IMG/VR virus record: IMGVR_UViG_3300022700_000278
Location: 50,883 to 114,882 of that record
Length of the DNA: 64,000 nt
Strand: one strand, 5' to 3'
DNA from: a virus
The translations under genes and the position numbers were made by a program. The notes beneath the pieces were generated by a model that was not told where the DNA came from, ran no database searches, and worked only from the letters and a program-made list of their open reading frames with translations. Shown here in pieces: positions 28,296 through 38,138 of this stretch; position 1 is the stretch's first letter; each line of letters begins with the position of its first letter.

Positions 28296-29837
28296 ATGCT
28301 CGATTATCCTTTTAATTGGAACTGGGTTTTGAAGGTCGATAGTTCTGGCGGCCGAATAAAGAGAGTTCCTATGTCAACATCGTATAGAGCCTCTTCTCTT
28401 AGAGGCCCTAACGACGCAAACAAACTTAGGTCTTTCCAAAAGGAAGTACAAAGCGATCTCGCTAGTTTGACTGGTATTGTCAACAACACAATAAGACCAG
28501 TATTAAACTCTTTGCCTGCTGGCGGAGCAGATAGCCGATGGAGTCTTCGGTCTGAGATTGATTGTTATTCCTATGGTGTCCAAGGCTCAACTCTATTTGT
28601 TTTTAACAGCGCAAACAATACCTTTGCCGATGGTAGATATTGGAGCAGCGAAGAAAATCGACCATATACTATTGCAGAAAAGATAGAAGACCATGATGGT
28701 CGGATTAGCGAGCTAGAATCAATTGCAAATACTGACGTTGTTTCATCTGGTTCTATAGACCTGCAAGATCTCTGGAGAGCTGTTGGCGCAAATTATCAGA
28801 GCGGGACAAAAACAAGCTGGACAAATAGCTTAGATGCTAGGGTTGGCCGCTTAGAATGTCATGACTCTCAGTTAGCTCCTGATTTATATGGTGATTCACG
28901 AGCCACTACAGGTGGATATACGACCCCCTCTAACACTATAGAAAAGTATGAAGGGTACAACAGTGTAAGCGGCGATCCTGGCTGGGGAGGCTGGTCTTGG
29001 GCTGGTTCTTGTGATAAGACACAGTCGTTTGGAGTAGCTGAGTATGTTCATTATTTAGCTCTTCTTCACGGAATAGATGTGTCTAGCGGGGAGGATCCGT
29101 GGAAACTTGATCACGATCCTTCGCTTGGTGGCTCTATTTCTCTACCTCTTTCGCAAGGGCCAACTGACATCAGAAGCTCTGTTTTTACAACAAGAAGCAG
29201 AACAGATCCAGTATCTGATTCTTTACTATATGACCTAGGTCGAGTTCGATACGAGCTAGAAAGACTAAGAGGAACCGACTGGAGTACAGGAAACCAGACA
29301 GGGCCATTTATTTCTAATTGGCCTGGTGCTGGTGACAACGAGCAATCATTATACTTACATATCAACTATACAGGCTCAGGAACTCCAAGTATTTCCAATC
29401 CTCATGGTGTTCATTATACAGAGACCGATGCAGATACTCAGTTTAATGCTGTTGCCTCTTTTGTTGGTCAGAATGCTATAGGCGACAATACTACGAACTA
29501 TTCAGCTCATGTTGGCGCGCTCAGTCATATTGCTGATGGCGATTCTCTCGAGCTTGCTCTTGCTAAAGTTGACAGTGCTACGCCTGTTTCTATCCAAAGA
29601 TATCAAATGTTAGTTTCTAGATCTTCTATGACAGAGGAAGAAAGAGAAGATACTGCTATTGCTGTTTCGCACAACCTTGGACAGTATCCAATTGTTAATG
29701 TATTAGATATGGATCCAGAAGAATTGAATCCCTATACTGCTTCTTGGACAAGAGACTTAAATATTGAACACATAAATGTAAATGAGTTTCATATTTATAC
29801 CGGGGCAGAAGATGTCCTGATCGTTTGGATTGGATAA
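28296..29837 (+). CDS. tail fibre-like protein
   Basis: Short coiled-coil segments and a C-terminal SHNLGQYPIVNVLD module. The start is moved to ATG 28296 because of the GGGAG RBS. Confidence 0.6.
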   Translation: MLDYPFNWNWVLKVDSSGGRIKRVPMSTSYRASSLRGPNDANKLRSFQKEVQSDLASLTGIVNNTIRPVLNSLPAGGADSRWSLRSEIDCYSYGVQGSTLFVFNSANNTFADGRYWSSEENRPYTIAEKIEDHDGRISELESIANTDVVSSGSIDLQDLWRAVGANYQSGTKTSWTNSLDARVGRLECHDSQLAPDLYGDSRATTGGYTTPSNTIEKYEGYNSVSGDPGWGGWSWAGSCDKTQSFGVAEYVHYLALLHGIDVSSGEDPWKLDHDPSLGGSISLPLSQGPTDIRSSVFTTRSRTDPVSDSLLYDLGRVRYELERLRGTDWSTGNQTGPFISNWPGAGDNEQSLYLHINYTGSGTPSISNPHGVHYTETDADTQFNAVASFVGQNAIGDNTTNYSAHVGALSHIADGDSLELALAKVDSATPVSIQRYQMLVSRSSMTEEEREDTAIAVSHNLGQYPIVNVLDMDPEELNPYTASWTRDLNIEHINVNEFHIYTGAEDVLIVWIG

Positions 29838-29838
29838 T

Positions 29839-31482
29839 ATGGTATCAGTAAACCTAGACAGAGAGAACAGAGGAAAAGTAAACGCTGTCAGGAGAGTGCC
29901 TGTTTCTTCTTCTGATAAAGGAAATCTTTGCATGCACGAGAACACGGGGCATCTCTATACCCGGCGAGTCTCGAGCGGTTCCTTGCAAGACTTTTTTAAT
30001 ATTTGTTCTGATGTCACGTATGTTCCAAATGCTACAGAACTAACTACTTTGCTGTTAGATGATACTCCCAGAATTTTGACGCTTGGTGCAAAAAATTATC
30101 AAATGCCATCTGGCCCTCTTATTATTACTGCCCCCAAGGTGGTTGTTGGTAAGGCTACTGGAGAATCTATCTTAAAATTTACGTGGGACCCAGGAAGAAG
30201 TTTGTATGATTTGTATATTAATTCTGAAAGTGTTTGGTTTCATGATCTTACGCTAATGCGGACACAAGACGACACTCCGAATCACTTTGTGTTTATTGCC
30301 AATGCCAACAACAGCGGTTTTAATAATTGTTATATTGGTGGGGGAAGCACCAATCCGACAGAGAATTTAATAAAAGTGTCCGAATCAGATTATGTAAGCG
30401 TGAATAACTCTTTCTTTAATGTCGCCACTACAACCAAGGACGCTTCTCTTCTATATGCGGATAATTCTGATCATATAAAGATTGATCGTTGTGTCGCTGA
30501 TGATCAAGTTGCTACTAGAGCAATTAAATTAGATCAATGTGACTACTTTTATATAAACAGATCCAAGTTTTCTAACCACAGTTCAATTGATAGTAATGCT
30601 GGAATTGACTTGTCTAGAAGCGATCATGGATCAATAGAGAATACTCATATCAACATTCATTCTTTTTCTGGCCTTGCAAACAGCAATGCCCTTCGAACTG
30701 CTACAACAGGCGGAACATATTGCAAAGATGTTAGAATAAATTCTTGTAGCTTCACATTAGACCAAGGCGACGACTATACCCCAGTAGATGTGCCCTTGGT
30801 TTCTTTGTGGGGAGACCATATTTCAGCGTCTAACTCTTATGTTTATGCTCAATATATGGGCAAGACAGAGACTTTAGAAACAAATATTACAAGTCGACCT
30901 GTAATCATGATGCGTGGAGACAATGTCTCTCTGCAAAGCAGTGAGGTCCGAGCAGCAAATTGCCGATGTGCAATTTTGGTAGATGCTAATGATGCTGATC
31001 TTTCTGGTGCAAATGGTGCCGGTACCAGAATTAGAGGGAATTATATTGGGGAGTTTGGGATGGATCATTCCGACACAAACCCTGGTGGAGCAAATAGAAT
31101 AGACAGCAACGGAATCTTGCTAACTGATATAGAGTCAGTTGGCGCCACTCCTCTTCCGTGTTCTACTGGTGTTATTGCTGAAAATGTTATTGTTGGCGAC
31201 CCAACATTACACAGTACTGCTATTACTGGATGTCCACATAATGATTATTCTGATTCTGTTCATGCGTTGTATTGGGCTATCAGCAATAACGTTATATACT
31301 GCGATCCTCCTAGCGGAGCACAAATATTTGGTATTAAAACTACAGAAATTGATAGCTCGGTAATGCTGGGCAACCTTGGCGCACAGTCTGGTGCTGCTGT
31401 GCTTGACTATTCGGAAGGAACCAACAATACTAGCGAGTATGGTTCTACAAATGACACTGAAAGTACTGGAGCGAACATATAA
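29839..31482 (+). CDS. right-handed beta-helix (pectate lyase-like) tailspike
   Basis: Repeating Asn/Ile/Ser-rich rungs (ISNNVI, IRGNYI, IAENVI, FNNCYI). Confidence 0.7.
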   Translation: MVSVNLDRENRGKVNAVRRVPVSSSDKGNLCMHENTGHLYTRRVSSGSLQDFFNICSDVTYVPNATELTTLLLDDTPRILTLGAKNYQMPSGPLIITAPKVVVGKATGESILKFTWDPGRSLYDLYINSESVWFHDLTLMRTQDDTPNHFVFIANANNSGFNNCYIGGGSTNPTENLIKVSESDYVSVNNSFFNVATTTKDASLLYADNSDHIKIDRCVADDQVATRAIKLDQCDYFYINRSKFSNHSSIDSNAGIDLSRSDHGSIENTHINIHSFSGLANSNALRTATTGGTYCKDVRINSCSFTLDQGDDYTPVDVPLVSLWGDHISASNSYVYAQYMGKTETLETNITSRPVIMMRGDNVSLQSSEVRAANCRCAILVDANDADLSGANGAGTRIRGNYIGEFGMDHSDTNPGGANRIDSNGILLTDIESVGATPLPCSTGVIAENVIVGDPTLHSTAITGCPHNDYSDSVHALYWAISNNVIYCDPPSGAQIFGIKTTEIDSSVMLGNLGAQSGAAVLDYSEGTNNTSEYGSTNDTESTGANI

Positions 31483-32366
31483 TGATAAGGAGAAGCGGAA
31501 TAATGGGCGGAAAAAGCTTAAAAAAAACCAAATCCAAACCTAGAAAAGGAGGCGTAACTAGGGAGGCAGAGCCTTTGAAAGATCAAAAGATTGATAAGAT
31601 TAGCATCAAAGAAAGTGAAACTCTTCCTGTAGAAGACAAAGAATTTGTCAAAGAGAAAATGAAAACCCTTAAAGAATCAGAAAATAAACCAGAACCCGAG
31701 AAGTCACAACCTACTGTCGTATTCGATCATTTTAGAGAGAAGCTAAAAGAATGGGCAGACACTGCTGCTATTGTAGATGTTCAAGAGATCAAAGACGAAG
31801 AAGAGAAGGAGGCAGAGGGATCAGTGGAAAAAGATTACTTTGTTGTGATTGATTTCGAAGCCACATGCTTTAAAAGTCGAAAAGTTTCTAGGGAAGAAAT
31901 GGAAATTATTGAATTTGCAGCAGCCTTGGTCGAGAAAGACACCCTCGACACTGTCGCGGAATTTAATGAATTTGTTCGTCCCGTTATACATCCTGCTCTA
32001 GACGATTTTGCCACAGAGCTTACCACTATTACCCAGGATCAGGTAGACAATGCCTTTACTTTCCCTACCGTTCTAAAACAGTTTGTGAATTGGTTGCAGA
32101 AATATCCTGGTAATAAAACTTTTGCTTCGTGGGGCAGCTATGACAAGAAACAGCTTCTTCAAGATTGTAATACCCATGATGTCGAGTACCCATTTGATGA
32201 CGAGCATGTAAACATAAAAGAAGTATTTCGTCAAAAGCGTGGCTACAAAAGACAATGTGGAGTGCAAACTGCTCTTGGACGTCTCAAAATGCCTTTTGAA
32301 GGAACTCCGCATAGAGGCAGAGACGACGTCCGCAACATCGTTAAAATCATGAGGAAGGCTTGGTAA
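31482..32366 (+). CDS. DEDDh 3'-5' exonuclease (ERI-1/KapD-like) with a charged N-terminal extension
   Basis: VIDFEATC, EIIEF, WGSYD and HRGRDD motifs. Confidence 0.85.
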   Translation: MIRRSGIMGGKSLKKTKSKPRKGGVTREAEPLKDQKIDKISIKESETLPVEDKEFVKEKMKTLKESENKPEPEKSQPTVVFDHFREKLKEWADTAAIVDVQEIKDEEEKEAEGSVEKDYFVVIDFEATCFKSRKVSREEMEIIEFAAALVEKDTLDTVAEFNEFVRPVIHPALDDFATELTTITQDQVDNAFTFPTVLKQFVNWLQKYPGNKTFASWGSYDKKQLLQDCNTHDVEYPFDDEHVNIKEVFRQKRGYKRQCGVQTALGRLKMPFEGTPHRGRDDVRNIVKIMRKAW

Positions 32367-32369
32367 GAC

Positions 32370-32582
32370 ATGGCGCTTACAGGAGCCGAAGAAAAGAGAC
32401 TGCGGGAAGCAGAGCAAACTCTTGTCAGAATCAATAAAATTCTGGACGGCGCAGCTAGCAAGAACCAGTTAAATAGGCTATATGTTTTATTGCTGAGAGA
32501 AGTAGAAGAGTTGTCTAATGCTGCTAGCGAGATAGAAGAAAAAGTTAATGAAGTTTTAGAATATGCCCGAAAGGCCCAATAA
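32370..32582 (+). CDS. small helical hypothetical protein
   Basis: 70-aa ORF; last gene of the + arm. Confidence 0.65.
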   Translation: MALTGAEEKRLREAEQTLVRINKILDGAASKNQLNRLYVLLLREVEELSNAASEIEEKVNEVLEYARKAQ

Positions 32583-32613
32583 CACTTTTCAGTATGTCGT
32601 TTTGTTCTAGAGC

Positions 32614-33780
32614 TTATAAGGCATAGCTACGAATAATCTCTGCCACTTCTTTACACATTGATCTCGTCATAGTATTTCCAGAGGGGATACATAGTATCTT
32701 GCGCCATACCGATTCGGTTTTTTCAAGCCTGAATGTCTGACATCTAGAATATGGGACTTGCAAGTGTCCTGGCATCCACAAAGGTCTTGTTTGAACACCT
32801 TCGGCATAAAGTTTTGTCATTAGTTGTTCTCCGCTCATTCCAAACACGTCTTTGTCAATTGTTATGGCAGTAAGCCAAAAGTTGGCCTCTTCTTTGTTTG
32901 GCGGAGAAAAGACTTTGATGCCTGGAACTTCTCTCAATTCTTCATGGTATGTTTTCCACCATAAACGATGGTTGGCAAGAAAAGTGTCCAGGTGTTCCAT
33001 TTGTGAACAAGCAAGGGCTGCATTCATATTGGTCAAGCCCAAATTGTATCCTACATCATTGTGGACATAGCGTACGGTGTCATCCTTTGCTTGTAAAGAT
33101 AAATACCGGGCACGTTTGCCGTATTCTTCATTGTTTGTAATTAGCATGCCTCCGCCTCCAGCAGTCACTATTTTATTAAAACTGAAGGAAAAGATTCCCA
33201 TGTCTCCATGGGTACCTGCATGCTTGCCTTTTCCTGCGCCACTTATACACCATGTTCCCAAAGCTTCTGCTGCGTCTTCTACGATGGTTAAACCAAAGTT
33301 TTTGGCGGTCTTTCGAAGGGCTATAGGAGCGTCAGAAAATGTTCCAAGGATATGAACAGGAAGAATAGCTTTTATGGTTCTTCCAGTAAGTTTATTTTGA
33401 AGTCCTAGAGGAGTCTGAATGCATTCCTCTTCGATAAATTGTTGTGTTTTGCCCCAGTCTAAATTTAGATCAAAGTCTTGGCAATCCATAAAGACGGGAT
33501 GAGCGCCTACGTGTTTGATAGCATTGATTGGAGCGATAAAGGTTAAAGAAGGTATTAAAACTTCGTCTCCCGACCCTACTCCCGCCAATCTAAGAGCCAG
33601 CATGAGTCCAGAAGTGCCTCCATTAACAGCAATAGCGTACTTAGCGCCAGTGTAGGCTTTAACCTGTTGCTCGAGCTTGTCTACGTAGTCTCCTGCATAG
33701 GAAATCCACCCTGTGTCTAGACAGTTCTTTATATACCTCCAGGCGTTTTTGCTAATCTTTGGTTCTGCTAATGGTATCAT
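32614..33780 (-). CDS. DegT/DnrJ/LegC-family PLP-dependent sugar aminotransferase
   Basis: VNGGTSGL, PSLTFIA, VEDAAEALG, FSFSFNKIVTAGGGGM (PLP Lys) and GYN motifs. Confidence 0.9.
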   Translation of the reverse strand: MIPLAEPKISKNAWRYIKNCLDTGWISYAGDYVDKLEQQVKAYTGAKYAIAVNGGTSGLMLALRLAGVGSGDEVLIPSLTFIAPINAIKHVGAHPVFMDCQDFDLNLDWGKTQQFIEEECIQTPLGLQNKLTGRTIKAILPVHILGTFSDAPIALRKTAKNFGLTIVEDAAEALGTWCISGAGKGKHAGTHGDMGIFSFSFNKIVTAGGGGMLITNNEEYGKRARYLSLQAKDDTVRYVHNDVGYNLGLTNMNAALACSQMEHLDTFLANHRLWWKTYHEELREVPGIKVFSPPNKEEANFWLTAITIDKDVFGMSGEQLMTKLYAEGVQTRPLWMPGHLQVPYSRCQTFRLEKTESVWRKILCIPSGNTMTRSMCKEVAEIIRSYAL

Positions 33781-33819
33781 CAGTAAAGTCCTTTATTTCT
33801 TTTTCTGAGACGTGATCTA

Positions 33820-34359
33820 TCATAACTTTTTATATGCTTCTTCTGCAAGTCTCAATATCTTATCTTTTGGTCTCTTTTTGATTGGTTTGGCAGGAGATCC
33901 AATATTAATTGTCCATGGTTCTATATCTTTTGTTACAACAGAACCAGAACCAACCACAGCTCCTTCTCCAATAGTTATGTTTGGAAATACGATTGTATTT
34001 GTAGCAAGGAAAGCAAATTTTTTTAAAGTAACAAAAGATCTTGTTACATTTCTTAGTCTGTCAGGCACAGTTGGTCCCATTAGCCCCGTTCCGTCTGTTG
34101 CGTCTATTCCCGTAATTATTCTACTTCCAGCTGCAATGTTTGCAAAATCTTCAACTCTAGTGCGACCTCCTCCGCTTATAGAAACATAAGGCGCTATATG
34201 TACAAACCATCCAATGATAGTGGAGATACCACCCATGATATGAACATATTCGCTAATCATATCATGGCCCTTTAAAACTACTTTTTCTGGTGATATAATT
34301 GTTACTGGCTCAAAAATTCGAACCTCAGGGCCAACTTCTTTAAGTAGTTCTACTTCCAT
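33820..34359 (-). CDS. hexapeptide-repeat acyltransferase
   Basis: TIGEGAVVGSGSVVTKDIEPWTINIGSPAK. Confidence 0.9.
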   Translation of the reverse strand: MEVELLKEVGPEVRIFEPVTIISPEKVVLKGHDMISEYVHIMGGISTIIGWFVHIAPYVSISGGGRTRVEDFANIAAGSRIITGIDATDGTGLMGPTVPDRLRNVTRSFVTLKKFAFLATNTIVFPNITIGEGAVVGSGSVVTKDIEPWTINIGSPAKPIKKRPKDKILRLAEEAYKKL

Positions 34360-35111
34360 TTATAATCTTTTTCTAAAAACTCATACAATGCTTGATTGTA
34401 ATCTTTGTAGAAGGATTGCAGCATTTTAAATGCTTTTTCGTCTATTGGTTTCTCAGGGCTGCTCTTTCTTATATGGGTAAAATTTTTTGGATAAAATTCT
34501 TTTAGTCCTAGAAATTTTATAACATCACAATATGGTCTTTTGGGAGACTCAAAGAAGTCTTCTGACTTGATAACTAAAATTTGAGAAGAATCAAAAAGTT
34601 CACAGCACAATGGAACTGTTTTGATATAGCATCCTTTATCAATTAAATAGTAGTCGTTTTCGTGGGCGGTATCCAAGTAGTTCAGAAATGACGGATATCG
34701 TGTTTCCCACTTTGGGGCTATTTTCGCAATATGATGAAAATGAGAATAAAGACGATAGACAGGGTCTCTAAGCAAAATAATTATTTTAATATCTGGTAAA
34801 GTTGCTTTGATACGTTGCATTGAGAGGGCTCGATAGAGATATGTAGGAGATGCCTCTCCAGTAATTTGTCCTGGTTCTAAAACGGGGAACCTGTTTCGAT
34901 ACCAATCTAGTCCTTTGGACCAATGGCGATCAAAGAACCTTACTTCTTTTTGCTCAAGAGAAAGCTTTCCACCAGTATAGTCTACTTCACTATTTGGAAG
35001 TTTTCGTGCGGGGCAAATTTTTGGGTGCTTAACTAAATCTTCAAAGAAAGAGGATGTCCCACATTTGGTTTCTCCAACTAAAAGGAAGGAGGGAGTAGAT
35101 GGCTTAGACAT
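34350..35111 (-). CDS. PAPS-dependent sulfotransferase
   Basis: 5'-PSB motif GETKCGTSS, KEVRFFD, GEASPTY and 3'-PB motif LRDPVYRLYSHF. Confidence 0.9.
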   Translation of the reverse strand: MSKPSTPSFLLVGETKCGTSSFFEDLVKHPKICPARKLPNSEVDYTGGKLSLEQKEVRFFDRHWSKGLDWYRNRFPVLEPGQITGEASPTYLYRALSMQRIKATLPDIKIIILLRDPVYRLYSHFHHIAKIAPKWETRYPSFLNYLDTAHENDYYLIDKGCYIKTVPLCCELFDSSQILVIKSEDFFESPKRPYCDVIKFLGLKEFYPKNFTHIRKSSPEKPIDEKAFKMLQSFYKDYNQALYEFLEKDYKWK

Positions 35112-35952
35112 AAGAAATTGTTTCTAAAAGAAGTTTTTCTTTTGAAATTGATTTTTCGAGTTGAAGTATGGTTATTTGTGATGCATCATAAAATCGTTTT
35201 TTTACTTTTTTAGCAAAAACATCTTTTCTTTCATGAAAAACAACTGTTTTTGTACAACCATCAGAAACAGAGCAGAAAAAAGCTGAATTCGAGGCTAATA
35301 AAAATTCTGCTGCTCGTGTTAATTTCACAGCAGCTCTTCCCGTTGTTTTACCAACAAGATTAAACAACCTTTTTCTTTGATAAGAAAACTTTTCTTCAAA
35401 GAATTTAGGATTTTGAGAATTTCTTATTTTTGCGTGACTTCCTCCTACTATGACGACATTAAGATCCTTTTCTTCTACAACCATGTCTATAAATGGAATA
35501 TAGTTTTCAGGAGAAAAAAATATGCGATTTTTGCCTCCAGCGAAAGGATGAATTACTATATATCTACCTTCCTGCTGAATCCGATCAATTGTTTCCTGCT
35601 CTTTTTTAGAGAGAAAAACATCTATATTTGGTTGCTTTTTTAAGTTGTTTCGTTTTCCAAATTCTTCTAGAGATTTATACTTTTTTGCTTCTTCTTTAAT
35701 GTTTTTGCATTCTTTTATTTTGAGCGGAGATATCCATGGGTGTATATCAATAGAATCAATCCGAGGATCTAATTCAAAAAACCTAGAGGCTTCTTTTTGA
35801 ACTGGATGACAAATTAATTTAATCTTGGCTTCAGGAATTTTTGTTTTCAATTCCTGAAGATAGCCGAAACCAAAGGGGAAGCTGTGTGGAGAAAAATACC
35901 CTAAAAGATGATCTCCCAATCCCCCAGCAGTATGTAAAAAAAAGTTATTCAT
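35104..35952 (-). CDS. GT9-like glycosyltransferase
   Basis: GGLGD, IVIHPFAG, NLVGKT and SNSAF motifs; paralog of 36412. The start is placed at MNNFFL. Confidence 0.7.
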   Translation of the reverse strand: MNNFFLHTAGGLGDHLLGYFSPHSFPFGFGYLQELKTKIPEAKIKLICHPVQKEASRFFELDPRIDSIDIHPWISPLKIKECKNIKEEAKKYKSLEEFGKRNNLKKQPNIDVFLSKKEQETIDRIQQEGRYIVIHPFAGGKNRIFFSPENYIPFIDMVVEEKDLNVVIVGGSHAKIRNSQNPKFFEEKFSYQRKRLFNLVGKTTGRAAVKLTRAAEFLLASNSAFFCSVSDGCTKTVVFHERKDVFAKKVKKRFYDASQITILQLEKSISKEKLLLETISYV

Positions 35953-36157
35953 TTTTTTCAAAAAATTCATCGATAGAAGAAACAATCTTTACTCGTTGGG
36001 CATTTAAAGAAACAACTTGTTCACATAGTTCTTCAATTTCTTCGTCAGATCTTTCTTTGTCCTTTTCTTTTCCCCGTATGTTTTCTTCTATGTGCCAAAT
36101 TTTTAAATGTACAACAGCAAGCTTGTCAATCATTTCTCCAATAGAATAGGCTAGCAT
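35945..36157 (-). CDS. small helical protein (DUF4254-like)
   Basis: SIGEMIDKLAVVHLKIWHIEE..LNAQR..ID; GAAGGAGG RBS before MLAYS. Confidence 0.65.
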   Translation of the reverse strand: MLAYSIGEMIDKLAVVHLKIWHIEENIRGKEKDKERSDEEIEELCEQVVSLNAQRVKIVSSIDEFFEKNE

Positions 36158-36158
36158 G

Positions 36159-36410
36159 TTAGCCTCCTTCACAAAAATTAATTTTTGTTTCGTTTGCGCC
36201 AGAATTAAACTTTTTGTCAATTTCCCATCTGACAGCCGAACGTTGTGCGTTTAGTTCTCTAATGTTCAGAAAAATTTCTACTTTTTCTTTTGTTCCTAAT
36301 CCTTTGTCTTTTTTTACTTCACCAGAAAGAGTTTTGATCTTTGTTGCTTTGTGCCAAATTTGATTGTTTATGTTAATAAGGGAATCTATTACTTCTCCTG
36401 TTGTCTTCAT
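36159..36410 (-). CDS. small helical protein (DUF4254-like paralog)
   Basis: TTGEVIDSLININNQIWH..LNAQRS..EID. Confidence 0.65.
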   Translation of the reverse strand: MKTTGEVIDSLININNQIWHKATKIKTLSGEVKKDKGLGTKEKVEIFLNIRELNAQRSAVRWEIDKKFNSGANETKINFCEGG

Positions 36411-36411
36411 A

Positions 36412-37299
36412 TTATAACTCCTTGATTGTTCTAAAAACTTCTTTTGTTACTTCTTCAGGCGGGCGAAGATTTTTTTCGTTGCCAAGGCTAATAATTTTAT
36501 GTTTTTTTCCTTCCCACCGTTGTCCTTGGTTGAATCTTTTTCTTAAGTTTTTTTCAGGCTTCTCGGAAACGAGAAGAATTGTTAGTTTGTTATGAAGCCA
36601 AGAAGCGACAGAATAAGCAGACCAGCTACCAATAAAGTATTCTTGGTGTTTTGCAAGATGGTAGTATAGCCTAGGGTTCCCTTTGTTAACTAAATTAAAC
36701 AAGCCTGGTCGCTCATAATCAAACCTTTCTTTCATTATGAGAACTTTTTTTTCATTTTGGGTTAATCGTTTATGATCGTTCCCTATAACAACTGTATTGA
36801 CTTTTTTGTCGTCAACCAACCAGTCTATCAAAGGAATATATTCTTTTTCTGTCCCAGAACACCTTCGTCTCAGCCCCGCAAAGGGGTGAATTAATACAAA
36901 CGGACCTGCCCCTTGTATTTTTTTTAAGACTTTTCTGTCCTGTTCGTTAAGAAAAATTTTTGGACGTTTAAAAGTCAGTGAAGATAACAATCTTTTCTGA
37001 GTTGAAAGTCGTTTTGCCTGGTTACAATGAGCTTTTTCAAATGATTCTCTATTTTTTGGAGAAACTGCTCTAAAATTTTCTGCTTTTGTTATATATGGAT
37101 TATACTTAATAAGCTCTAGTACGTTTGAGTTATGTGAGGTGCCTATAACATTTATCTTTACTTGTGGATATCTTTTTTTTAAACTTTCAATATAGCCCCA
37201 ACCGGCTTTACCTTTATGGTAAGTCCAGAAAGCATCTCCTAGCCCTCCCCCAAGGGAAAGAAAAACACTTTCTGGTAATTTTTGCTTTCTTACCACCAT
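36412..37299 (-). CDS. GT9-like glycosyltransferase
   Basis: GGGLGD, YNPYI, LIHPFAG and NLVNK motifs. Confidence 0.7.
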   Translation of the reverse strand: MVVRKQKLPESVFLSLGGGLGDAFWTYHKGKAGWGYIESLKKRYPQVKINVIGTSHNSNVLELIKYNPYITKAENFRAVSPKNRESFEKAHCNQAKRLSTQKRLLSSLTFKRPKIFLNEQDRKVLKKIQGAGPFVLIHPFAGLRRRCSGTEKEYIPLIDWLVDDKKVNTVVIGNDHKRLTQNEKKVLIMKERFDYERPGLFNLVNKGNPRLYYHLAKHQEYFIGSWSAYSVASWLHNKLTILLVSEKPEKNLRKRFNQGQRWEGKKHKIISLGNEKNLRPPEEVTKEVFRTIKEL

Positions 37300-38138
37300 A
37301 AAAGATTTTTATACCCAACTTGTTTCATCAGCTTCTTGAGCTTGTCTTGTCTGCACAGTTCGTCAAACTCAAGCGACATAAAAGATCTTGTGTGTTCTAT
37401 GTCACCAGCTAAATATTTCCTCTTGAAGTTTTCCCACTGAGGCTTGGGAGAAGAGTTTCTTTTCTTTTCTATTAGCTGATAGGTCCTATTTTGTGGCTCC
37501 CATTCCAAAGTCTTTTTCTTCGCTTTTTCATTAAAGTTCAAACCGCAAAAGTCATACAGGTGTTTGATTAATTTTATTCGACCGTTTTTTGTTTTAGACT
37601 GTTCTGCATCTATTGGCAATAGAAAAGCATGTTTCTTTGGCACAGAAAGCATTTCTGTATATTTTTGTATCCACGTTTTTAATCTTTTTTGTCTAGAAAC
37701 ATTATCCATTTCATTTGGGTTGTTATGCTCTTCGTCTTCTCTCCATAACTTGGAATGAAGAGATAATAGTGGATCTCTTATCGGAATAACAATTTTTACT
37801 TCTGGCTTTTTCTCAATCAAACTTTTGATAAACCAAGAACTTGGTTTGTGATGATGCTCGTGAGCAATAACAATCTTTTTCCCTGCTAGCTGTTCTTCTT
37901 TACAAGCCGACAAAACACCTTCGCTAAACCATTCGGTACAAATTTTTTCCGACGGCTTGGTAAAGTCTGAAAGCTCTATGGGCTTGGTTTTTACATATCG
38001 CCGATGATTTAGTTTCTTATGTTTTTCCCACAAGCTTCCTATTCTAAAAGCTTCTTCTGTGTGAAACCCAGCAGCAAGCATAGAACTAGCAAAGAAAGTA
38101 CCAGTGTGCTGAATGCTATAAACAAAAACCTTTTTCAT
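37290..38138 (-). CDS. sulfotransferase-like P-loop protein
   Basis: SIQHTGTFF near the N-terminus and IRDPLLSLHS (3'-PB-like). Confidence 0.5.
   Translation of the reverse strand: MKKVFVYSIQHTGTFFASSMLAAGFHTEEAFRIGSLWEKHKKLNHRRYVKTKPIELSDFTKPSEKICTEWFSEGVLSACKEEQLAGKKIVIAHEHHHKPSSWFIKSLIEKKPEVKIVIPIRDPLLSLHSKLWREDEEHNNPNEMDNVSRQKRLKTWIQKYTEMLSVPKKHAFLLPIDAEQSKTKNGRIKLIKHLYDFCGLNFNEKAKKKTLEWEPQNRTYQLIEKKRNSSPKPQWENFKRKYLAGDIEHTRSFMSLEFDELCRQDKLKKLMKQVGYKNLLWW

Noticed and set aside
32583-32613. Bidirectional intrinsic terminator at the convergence point
   Set aside because: No convincing hairpin in the 31-nt gap.
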